31,378 nt of DNA from a virus (lineage: Duplodnaviria; Caudoviricetes), in IMG/VR virus record IMGVR_UViG_3300021124_000025, positions 1-31,378 of that record. One strand, given 5' to 3'. Of the stretch, positions 16,677 through 25,600 are shown piece by piece. Within the stretch, counting starts at the first letter, position 1, and each line of letters starts with the position of its first letter. The position numbers were made by a program, and so were the translations under genes. The notes under the pieces are model-generated. The model had not been told where the DNA came from, did no database searches, and was given only the letters and a program-made list of their open reading frames with translations.

Positions 16677-17023
16677 TGAAGAAGACTCAGATCACGATCA
16701 CGCTGGGCGGTGTCGATTATAAGGTCCACCAATTCTGTGTCCGGCAATATCGCGAATTTGATATGAGCGCAGCCCGCTACGCGCAGGCCTCCAAATCGGA
16801 TGATGCCGAGGCGCGGGCGGCGGCGTACTGGGATCGCGTGGGAGAGGTGGTCGCAATTGCCCTTTCGCCGGATTATCCGGAACTGTCGCCGGATGTCCCC
16901 AAAAGAATCGTTGCCGATGATGCTCGGGTGGCGATGGGTGAGATCTTCAATTTCCTCGGACTTGTGCCGGTGGGGGAGCCGGTGGCGGCGGCGTCGACTG
17001 GGTCTTTGTCTACGGACGCTTAG
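16676..17023 (+). CDS. Tail assembly chaperone (gpG-like)
   Basis: Between tube and tape measure; ITLGGVDYKV start; G-run near the 3' end. Confidence 0.75.
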   Translation: MKKTQITITLGGVDYKVHQFCVRQYREFDMSAARYAQASKSDDAEARAAAYWDRVGEVVAIALSPDYPELSPDVPKRIVADDARVAMGEIFNFLGLVPVGEPVAAASTGSLSTDA

Positions 17024-17253
17024 CCGCCGGCTGCGGGTACACGCCGTCGCAGATCGACAAGATGTCGCTGCCTCAGGTCCTTGAGCAGTTCGATTATTGG
17101 GAGTCCCAGCCACCGGTCCACGAACTGGTGGCTGCCTATCTCGGATATGAGCGCCCGAAGACGGTAGAACAGCAATGGGCGGAAGGCGCGATGGGTCCGG
17201 CGGAGTTCGCGGCCCATTTCAAACAGACCGGCGGAAAATTGGATAAGTCATGA
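16972..17253 (+). CDS. Frameshifted chaperone extension (gpT-like, -1 frame)
   Basis: The -1 frame is open 16942-17253 (DWVFVYGRLAAGCGYTPSQIDKMSL...YW...PP); slippery G-GGG-GAG at 16972-16978. Confidence 0.65.
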   Translation, partial: GGAGGGGVDWVFVYGRLAAGCGYTPSQIDKMSLPQVLEQFDYWESQPPVHELVAAYLGYERPKTVEQQWAEGAMGPAEFAAHFKQTGGKLDKS

Positions 17254-20126
17254 ATGATGATGCGGTCCAAATCAAGATAACGGCAAACTCCGCCGATCTT
17301 ACCGCTCAGATCGCCAAGGCTGAAGACGCGTTAAAGCGCCTGTCAACCTCCGTTCAGGGCACCACCTCGGGCCTGGCGCCCCTCAACAACGCAACCGCCG
17401 AATTCATTCGTCAATATGACCGTGCGGCGGCGACGCTCGATCGGTCGCGCGCCGCCTTCAGCCACGTCACGGACGCACTGGCAGCCAATGAGATGTCGGG
17501 TTCCCAGGCCGCCCGGGTGATGGGTCTCATTGCCAGCGAGGCCGATCGCGCGGGGGGGGCTCAGGCCAAGCTTGGACATGGAACGGCTGGAACGACCCGG
17601 GAATTTATCGTTCTTGGGCATGAGGTTGTCAGCGGAAATTTTAGCCGCATTCCCGGCTCCCTGATGGTCCTGGCCGAGCGTTCCGGCAATTTGTCGGGAA
17701 TCATGGGCGCGCTCGGATCGACCACCGGCATGCTGGCGATCGGATTCGCCGCCATTGCCGCCGTGTTGTTCGAAGTCGCCAGTTCGTCCGTGCAGGCCAA
17801 CGAGGCGCTCAACAACATCCAGTTGACCATGGCCGCCATGGGACGTGGCGCCAGTTACAGCAAAACGTCGATCCAGCAAATGGTTGTGTCCCTGCATGAG
17901 GTGACGGGCGCGTCCAGATCCGATCTACGCGAAATGTATGATGGCGTTATGTCGATTCCCCGCGCCGCCCAGACGACGCGCGACAGTCTGGTCCGGTTGG
18001 GGCCGGCCTTTGCCGTTGTCACCAAAAAAGACAACAAGGAGGCCGTGGAAGAGCTTTCGAAGTCGTTCTCATCCTTCGGCGGCCTGGAAAAGCTTGCGGA
18101 TCAGTTCACGCTTTTCGGAGTCAGCGAAACAGCCGCGTTCAACGACGCAAAGAAGCTGAATGACATCTGGAAAGCCCAAGACGTCGCCCTTGCCGCATTG
18201 AACCGGCGTTTGCTGGGCACACAGGACGCCTACACCAAGGCGTCTCAGCAATCGGATGCGTTCCAGCGCTTCATGGCTGGCGGTGAGATCCGTCAGGCCA
18301 AGGGGCGTGGCCAAGGGTCTGTCGCGGTTCACCCCCAGACTGGCGAAGGTCCCAGCCAGGACGATCTGAAGGCTATCGACGCCCAGTCCAAAATCGCGGC
18401 GGACACCCAACAGAATGTCGACAAACTGACCGCGTCCTGGCATGGCGCCAAGTCCGATCTGGATGCAACGATCGCGCAGATGTGGGCCGATGCCGTCGCC
18501 AAATACAAGCTCGGCGGCGATACATTGCTGGCCCTCCAGCGCCAGCAACAATCCGCGATGCATACCGCGCAAGACGCGGCCAGTCATGAATCTGTCCAGC
18601 TCGCAGCCGCCGCCCTTGCTGAAAAAACCGCTAAAAGCAATCTCAGCCGCTCCCAGGAGCTATCCGCGCAGATTTCGTCCGACAAGGAGCTGCTGGCGAG
18701 CACCAAGCTGACCTATGAAGATCGTCAGCAGGTCGCGCATGATTTGATGATGGCGGAAGGCAACCTGGTCAAGGAAGGTCAGCGGGTCAAGATGCAGGCC
18801 CTCCAGGAGGGGCTTATCCTCGCCAGGGCCGGGAGTCAGGAGCGGATCGCCGCAGCCGAGAAAGAGCTGCAGTTTGTAACCGCTACCTATGGCAAGGAAT
18901 CGGCGGAATACAAGGCTGCCCTCAAGGAAAAGCAGTCGGCCCAGCGAGAATTTGCCCAACAGCAGGAAGAAATATCGCGGATCCGCCTCGATTCTGAAAA
19001 CGAGGTCAGCCGGATTGACCTGCAATCCTACAAAGACCAACTGGACGCCAAGGTTGCCGCCGGTCAGATGTCGGCCGCGAGACGGTTGCAGATCGAACAG
19101 GATCTTACCCAGCAGATGGCGCAACAGGAAATGGAGCGCCTGCAAAATGCGATCGCCGCCGAGCAGGAAGGCGGCGCGGCCTATGAAAAGCTTTATGGTC
19201 AAATTCAGGTGTTGGTTGCCAGGACCGGCCAGGAACTGAGCAAGCTGGACGCCCAGATCGCCGAGGGGCTGAAAAAGTCGGCGGATAAAGACGACGGGCA
19301 GTTCGACAAGCTCTTCCAGCCCATGGGCCGCGCTTTCGATCAGATGGTCTCCGGCGTGATGATGGGGACCCAGTCCATTCAGCAGGCGATGGCCAGGGCC
19401 GGAATGAACATGGCCACCGCGTTCGCGGCCGATATCCTGAAAATGATTGCCCAGGAAGCGGCTTTCGAGGTGTTCCATGCGCTCGCCTGGAACAAAATGG
19501 CGACAGCCGTACAGGCCGACAGCAGCAAGTCGGCCATGTCCTTCATTTTTGGCAAGACTGAGGAAACCGCCGCCGTCACGGGGGCAACGGCGGCGCAGAC
19601 CGCCGCGGTTACCACGGGAGCCGCTACACAGGCCGCCGCCGTCACCGCCGGTCAAACTGCCCAGTCGGCCGCCGAGAGCACCGGCATTCTGAAACATGCC
19701 GGATCGGCCGCCGCCGCCGTCTATGACGATGTCGCTCAGATCCCCTACGTCGGGTGGATGCTCGCGCCACCGGCCGCCGCCGCGGCTTTCGCCGCCGTCG
19801 CGGCCTTTTCGGCGGAAGGAGGCATGGGCAACGTGCCCTATGACAACGCGCCATTCTATTTGCACAAGCGCGAAATGGTGCTCCCGGCCTCGATCGCGTC
19901 GCCGCTGCGGACCGCCATCCAGAGCGGGTCATTCAGCGGTTCATCGTCGTCAGTTTCATCCATTTCCGGCGGTAATCACACCATCAATGTCAGCATTTCC
20001 GGCGGGGGCAACATGACCGCCGCTCAATTGCTGCAAAATGGACGGGCCGTCGCGCTGTCTATCTCGAACGAACTTCGGAACCTGAATGCCGACCTGATCA
20101 GCGGTCTGCGGAGGGCTGTCGGATGA
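17250..20126 (+). CDS. Tail tape measure protein
   Basis: 958 aa, Ala/Gln-rich and helical; lambdoid-like N-terminal block; C-terminal AEGG...LHKREMVLP. Confidence 0.93.
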   Translation: MNDDAVQIKITANSADLTAQIAKAEDALKRLSTSVQGTTSGLAPLNNATAEFIRQYDRAAATLDRSRAAFSHVTDALAANEMSGSQAARVMGLIASEADRAGGAQAKLGHGTAGTTREFIVLGHEVVSGNFSRIPGSLMVLAERSGNLSGIMGALGSTTGMLAIGFAAIAAVLFEVASSSVQANEALNNIQLTMAAMGRGASYSKTSIQQMVVSLHEVTGASRSDLREMYDGVMSIPRAAQTTRDSLVRLGPAFAVVTKKDNKEAVEELSKSFSSFGGLEKLADQFTLFGVSETAAFNDAKKLNDIWKAQDVALAALNRRLLGTQDAYTKASQQSDAFQRFMAGGEIRQAKGRGQGSVAVHPQTGEGPSQDDLKAIDAQSKIAADTQQNVDKLTASWHGAKSDLDATIAQMWADAVAKYKLGGDTLLALQRQQQSAMHTAQDAASHESVQLAAAALAEKTAKSNLSRSQELSAQISSDKELLASTKLTYEDRQQVAHDLMMAEGNLVKEGQRVKMQALQEGLILARAGSQERIAAAEKELQFVTATYGKESAEYKAALKEKQSAQREFAQQQEEISRIRLDSENEVSRIDLQSYKDQLDAKVAAGQMSAARRLQIEQDLTQQMAQQEMERLQNAIAAEQEGGAAYEKLYGQIQVLVARTGQELSKLDAQIAEGLKKSADKDDGQFDKLFQPMGRAFDQMVSGVMMGTQSIQQAMARAGMNMATAFAADILKMIAQEAAFEVFHALAWNKMATAVQADSSKSAMSFIFGKTEETAAVTGATAAQTAAVTTGAATQAAAVTAGQTAQSAAESTGILKHAGSAAAAVYDDVAQIPYVGWMLAPPAAAAAFAAVAAFSAEGGMGNVPYDNAPFYLHKREMVLPASIASPLRTAIQSGSFSGSSSSVSSISGGNHTINVSISGGGNMTAAQLLQNGRAVALSISNELRNLNADLISGLRRAVG

Positions 20127-20806
20127 CACAACCCTTCCCGACGCTGGCAGGCCAGGACATTTCCATCACCCGGACATCCGAGTTCAAGACGCGGAAACCG
20201 GTCGCGATCAGCGGAAAGGAAACCGCGATCGCCGACTGGAAATACCCGCGCTATACCTGGGAACTCAAAGTCAACCTGCTCCGCCAAGGCTTTTTCCTCG
20301 GCGCGACCTGGCTGGAATTCCAGGAGCTGATGGGGTTCTATAATGCCCGGAATGGCGGTTTTGATACATTCCTGTATCAGGATCCGGATGATTATCAGGT
20401 CAACGGACAGGGGATCGGGATTGGAGACGGCACGCCCCGCTTCTTTCAGCTGGTAAAGAGTTTCGGTGGTTTTGTCGAGCCGCTGCTGGCCGTAACGGCC
20501 GTCGACATCTATTTCAATGGCACCGCGATTTCGACGGGTGGAACAAATTACGGCGGCACCAATTATGAGTGGGCATGGATGGGTTATGACGGCCTCCAAT
20601 ATCCCGGAGGCGGCGTGCTGCCGATCGGCTGGTCGTCAACGCCAGGTCAAATCTGGTTTTCACCGTCGGTTCCCGCCGGCGTCGTTATCACCGCCGACCT
20701 TACCTACAGCTATCCCTGCCGATTTGTCGAGGATCAGTGCCAGTTTGAGCGATTCACGCAGGGCGTCTACGCCGTAAAAAAACTCACCTTCATGTCGGTG
20801 AAATAG
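20123..20806 (+). CDS. Distal tail protein, DUF2460 family
   Basis: ISGKE...W.YPRYTWEL, FYNARNGGFDTFLYQDPDD, IGIGDG..RFFQLVKSFGGFVEP, YPCRF. Confidence 0.88.
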   Translation: MTQPFPTLAGQDISITRTSEFKTRKPVAISGKETAIADWKYPRYTWELKVNLLRQGFFLGATWLEFQELMGFYNARNGGFDTFLYQDPDDYQVNGQGIGIGDGTPRFFQLVKSFGGFVEPLLAVTAVDIYFNGTAISTGGTNYGGTNYEWAWMGYDGLQYPGGGVLPIGWSSTPGQIWFSPSVPAGVVITADLTYSYPCRFVEDQCQFERFTQGVYAVKKLTFMSVK

Positions 20807-20807
20807 C

Positions 20808-21059
20808 ATGAAGCTCTGGTCATTCATTTTCACCAGCCAGACCCACACTCTCCAGAGTGCGAGAGTTGCCGCCCCAAACCAAAGCGAGGCCTGTGCTCAA
20901 ATACAGAGCCTGCTGCCGGACGCCCCCCTGACATTCGGTCCCCGCCCGGCAAGCGAAATCATTCTGAGCTGGATGGGCGAGATCGATGTGCCGAAGGCCC
21001 ATATCATTTCCGTCGTCAGGCGGGACGGCACGACCCTTCATAACGGGGGTGTTTTGTGA
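20808..21059 (+). CDS. Hypothetical protein
   Basis: 83 aa ORF exactly filling the gap; GTGA overlap with the next gene. Confidence 0.55.
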   Translation: MKLWSFIFTSQTHTLQSARVAAPNQSEACAQIQSLLPDAPLTFGPRPASEIILSWMGEIDVPKAHIISVVRRDGTTLHNGGVL

Positions 21060-22216
21060 AACCCATCAGCCCGGAACTGCTCGCATTGCTGGCCACCCGC
21101 CAGTTTTTCGCCGCCGACCTGTTCACGCTCACCCTGCAATCGGGGGTCTCGCTTTATTATTGCGGGGGCGACGCGGATATTGTCGCGAACGGCATTACGT
21201 TCTCGGCCGGCGGTCAAACCGGGCCTTATTGGGACCGCACAGACAACAAGGCCAAATGCCACTGGAAAGTCGGCGTTGACGTTGACAGCCTGGTTATCGA
21301 TGTCATTCCGGGATCGGCCACCATCCTCGGCGTTCCGTTCCTGACGGCCATCCGCAACGGCGTTTTCGACGGCGCCGAGTTCACTCTCGACAAGGTGTTC
21401 ATGCCGACCTACGGCGATACCAGCCGCGGCTTTGTGCGCTATTTCGTCGGGCGGGTAGCACAGATCGACGCTGGCCGCAGCGTGGCGACGTTCAACATCA
21501 ACAGCCATCTTGAGCTTCTCGACGTTCAGATGCCACGCAACCTCTACCAGCCGGGCTGCGTCAATAATCTCGGGGATGCCAGCTGCGGCGTGGATATTGC
21601 CAGCTTCAGCGCCGCCGGGACCGTCGCCGCCGGCTCTTCGGTGGCCATGGTCCTGGGCGCGATCGCGGGAACCCACCAGGCCGGCTATTTTGATCTCGGC
21701 ACCATCACCTTTACCAGCGGCGTGCTGAATGGCCAGAGCTTCACGGTCAAGCAATGCACATACGGCAGCCCCTCGACCATTTCCCTGATGGGCTTTTCGA
21801 TCGCGGCGCCTGCCGCCGGCGACACTTTCACGATCTTCGCCGGCTGCAACAAGAACTGCGACCTGCCGATCAGCGTGCAGGGCATTATGACGGCGGGGCA
21901 GAACAATCTGGTCCTGGTCAATGGCAGCAACGGGGGCGCCGTGCAGATCGGCGCGACGATCACCGGCTATGGCGTGCCGGCCGGCACCACGGTGACCAGC
22001 TGGGAGCCGGGTTCGGGCACGATCGGCGGCTATTCGACAACCGGCAATCTCTACGTTTCCAACAATTTCACCGCGTCATCGAGCAATGGAGCGTCATACA
22101 TCTCCCATCCCTATGTCTGCACATCAACCGGCGTCATGAACGGGTGCTCGAAGTTTGCAAACCTCGCGAACTATCGCGGATTCCCTTATGTGCCACTGCC
22201 AAGCACGGCCTCTTAA
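21056..22216 (+). CDS. Baseplate hub protein, DUF2163/BR0599 family, with C-terminal insertion
   Basis: GVFDGAEF, PRNLYQPGCVNNLGDASCGVD, GTITFTSGVLNG, GDTFTIFAGCNK...CSKFANLANYRGFPYVP. Confidence 0.9.
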   Translation: MKPISPELLALLATRQFFAADLFTLTLQSGVSLYYCGGDADIVANGITFSAGGQTGPYWDRTDNKAKCHWKVGVDVDSLVIDVIPGSATILGVPFLTAIRNGVFDGAEFTLDKVFMPTYGDTSRGFVRYFVGRVAQIDAGRSVATFNINSHLELLDVQMPRNLYQPGCVNNLGDASCGVDIASFSAAGTVAAGSSVAMVLGAIAGTHQAGYFDLGTITFTSGVLNGQSFTVKQCTYGSPSTISLMGFSIAAPAAGDTFTIFAGCNKNCDLPISVQGIMTAGQNNLVLVNGSNGGAVQIGATITGYGVPAGTTVTSWEPGSGTIGGYSTTGNLYVSNNFTASSSNGASYISHPYVCTSTGVMNGCSKFANLANYRGFPYVPLPSTAS

Positions 22217-22687
22217 ATGACGATTCAATCCGAACGTCAGGCAATCATAAGCGAGGCGGCCTCCTGGGTCGGGACGCCCTACCATCATGCCGGGCGGGTC
22301 AAGGGCGCCGGTGTCGACTGCCTGACATTGCTGGCCTGTGTTTTCGAGAATGCCGGGATGATTCCGCCTGTCGACATTCCGCATTACCCCCCCGATTGGC
22401 ACATGCACCGGAGCCAGGAGCTTTATCTTGGCGGCCTGCTCGAATATTGCGCCGAAGTCGAGGGGCCTCCGGAGCCGGCCGACATAGCGCTGTGGAAATT
22501 CGGCCGCTGCTACAGCCATGGCGCGATCGTCATCGCCTGGCCACTGATCCTCCATGCCTATATCGGCCATGTGGTCGGCCAGGAGAATGTAACCGAGGCG
22601 CGATATCTCTCTTATGTCGGCGAGCCGGTTGAGGGCTGCGGCAATCCACGCCCACTGAAAATCTTCCGTCTGAAAAGGTGGATGTGA
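22217..22687 (+). CDS. Tail-associated NlpC/P60 peptidase
   Basis: WVGTPYHHAGRVKGAGVDC, SHGAIV, ILHAY. Confidence 0.92.
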   Translation: MTIQSERQAIISEAASWVGTPYHHAGRVKGAGVDCLTLLACVFENAGMIPPVDIPHYPPDWHMHRSQELYLGGLLEYCAEVEGPPEPADIALWKFGRCYSHGAIVIAWPLILHAYIGHVVGQENVTEARYLSYVGEPVEGCGNPRPLKIFRLKRWM

Positions 22688-25600
22688 TGTCGGGAATTTT
22701 TGGCGGCGGCCAAAAAAATACACCCCCATCCTATACCAGCCTCGCACTCAACACGTCCGCCTACGGCCTGCCGATCCCGCTGTACTTCGGTTGCACCCGG
22801 GCGGCTCCGAACCTGCTATGGGATCAGAACTTTCAGTCCATCGCCCATCAGTCGAGTTCCGGCGGCAAAGGCGGCGGTGCGACCGTCTCAAATTACACCT
22901 ACACCTCAGACATCATTTGCGGCCTGTGCGAAGGCCCGATCACCGGCATCAATAATATCTGGATTTCCGGGAACGACTCTTCGTCCACGCTGGCCGCGCA
23001 GGGAATGGGTCTGGCGCTCGGCAATTATGGTCAGGCGCCATGGAGCTACCTCGCGGCAACCTATGCCAACCAGGCTGTCCCCTATAGCGGGATCGCCTAC
23101 ACCTATTCCGAGGCCTACAATCTCGGTCAGTCCGCATCTCTGCCGAACTGGGGCATGGAAATTCAGGGCTTCCTTTACGGAACCGCCCCAAATGGCATGG
23201 ATGCCGACCCGTCGCAAGTGATCGCGGGTCTTTTGACGAATCCGCATTGGGGCGGTGGTTTCCCATCAAACCGCTTCGGCACACTCGCGGTAGCGTCTGA
23301 GGTCCACACAATACCTCCGGCCGCTCCCTATCAAGTCACGGTCAACGAATCGTCGATCTATGCGTGGAATTTGGATGTCACGTTCCTCGGCGTCCCGCTG
23401 ACATGCGTTCCCGGCGCGCCGGGGCCTGGTCAATACAGTCAGAACGGTGCCGGGCTCTATACGTTCAATTCCGGCGGCGGCACGGTCACGATCAACTATG
23501 CGACCCGGACTCCCGCACTTCCGGCCTATCAGGCCTACACCCTGTCACAGGGGCTGTGGATCAGCCCGGGCTACACCAGTCAAACCGCTCTCGCATCCAT
23601 GCTGACCGATATCGCGACCTTTACCAATTCGCGGCTGGTCTTCTCATCGGGCGTTTTGACGGTCGTCCCCAACGGTACCGTCAATATCACCGGAAACGGT
23701 TACACCTATACGGCCCCGAGCGCTCCGGTTGTCAGCTTTACGGAGGATGATTTTCTCCCGAACCAGGGATCGGCCTCGTCTTCGGTGACGGACGATCCTG
23801 TTCTCCTGACGCATCTTCGTCCCGCCGATCAATATAATGATATCCAAATCGAGGTTCTTGATCGGAACAACCAATATTCCGCCTCGATCTGCGAGGTCCC
23901 AGACTCGGCGTTGATGAACAAATTCGGCCGCCGCTCGCAGGGAGTGCAGGCCGCGCATCTGTTTTCCGACGTTGTGGCCGGAAATACCTCGGTCCAGCTT
24001 CTTCTTCAGCGCCAGCATATTCAAAATAAATTCAGCCACACCGCGGACATCAGATTCAGCTTTCTCGATCCCGCCGACGTTGTCGCGCTGACCGAACCGG
24101 ATATGTATCTCTCCGATCAGTGGGCGGCGATTCTTGAAATCCAGGAGAATGATGACGGGACACTGTCTTTTATCACCGAGGAATTTCCGACCGGTACCGG
24201 CGCGGCCGCGACCTATGTCGTCAACAATTCAACGGCGATTCAACAGAACTATAACGCCCCTTCTCCCGACATCAACACGCCCATTATTTTCTGCCCTCCG
24301 GTGGCGATCTGCCCGTCGAACGGCCTGGAGGTGTGGGCGGCCGTCAGCGGCCTGTCGAGCAGCTGGGGCGGCTGCAATGTGTGGCTCAGTCTCGACGGCA
24401 GTTCATATAGGTTGGCGGAAACGCTCAACGGCGCTTCGCGCATGGGGGTTACAACCTCCGCGCTGCCGATCGGCGCCGATCCGGACACGACGAATTCGGT
24501 TGGCGTCAATCTGTCGGTGTCGAATGGCGAGCTGGCCGGAGGCACGGCGGCCGACGCGAATCAACTTGTCACCCTCTGCTATCTGGATGGCGAATTTATC
24601 AGCTATCAGTCGGCCACGCTGACTTCGGCCAACAATTATACCCTCGGCACGCTCCTCCGGCGCGGCCAGCACGGATCAGCGCCGGCGGCTCACGCGATCA
24701 ACTCGCCCTTTGCGCGGCTGGATGAAAATATTGCCAAGATCCAAATCAATTCGCTGCAGGTCGGGCAGACCGTCTATGTGAAGTTTCAGAGTTTCAACCT
24801 TTTCGGCGGAGGAGTTCTGCCGCTCTCAAGCCTGACCGTGTATCCCTTCACGATCGAAGGTGCTCCGAATAACTACCTGGTCAGCAGCATTGCCGCCGCC
24901 CCGGGATTTCAATCGGTCAATCTGACCTGGTTGAATCCGCCCAACGCCTTGACCGCCTTGGCAGCGGTCGAGGTCTGGCGAAACACCGCCAACGACATAA
25001 CCACAGCCACCCACATCGGCGACACGGCTCACCAATCCGCAGTCTATGTCGACAGCGGCCTGACGACAGGAACGGCCTATTATTATTGGGTGCGGGTCCG
25101 CGATATCGCCAGCAATGAGGGGCCTTGGTCCGAGTCCGTCAGCGCGACGCCGATACAGGTAGCCGCCAACGATATAGCGACAAGCGCGGTCGCCGGCGCG
25201 GTCGCCGACGCCAATTCGATCCAGAACAATTTCGTCTTCGCGGGTCCTACCGGCAGCGTGATGCAGGCGGCGCAGCCTATTTCGGCGATCAGCGTTTCAA
25301 CCCCGGAAGGGACCGGCGTTGTCGATGTAACCGCGCTTGCGTTTGAGTCGGGGTCGGTTCCGGGATTTGTGGCCAACCTTGCCACCACGGTTGCCACAAA
25401 TTATCTGGACAAGGCGAGTGCCGCCGCCACTTATCTGACCCAGACTGACGCCACCGCTACCTACGCAACCGCATCCTCCCTCGCCAGCTTGTCCTCGATT
25501 TATCTGGGGATATCGACGGCATCCGCCACGTACCTGACCCAGACAACGGCCGCCGCCACCTATGCGACGGCGAGCAGCCTTGTATCGCTGGCCTCGTCTT

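Noticed and set aside
21754-22632. 292 aa alternative-frame + strand ORF
   Set aside because: Overlaps the hub and NlpC/P60 genes; Arg-rich off-frame composition.
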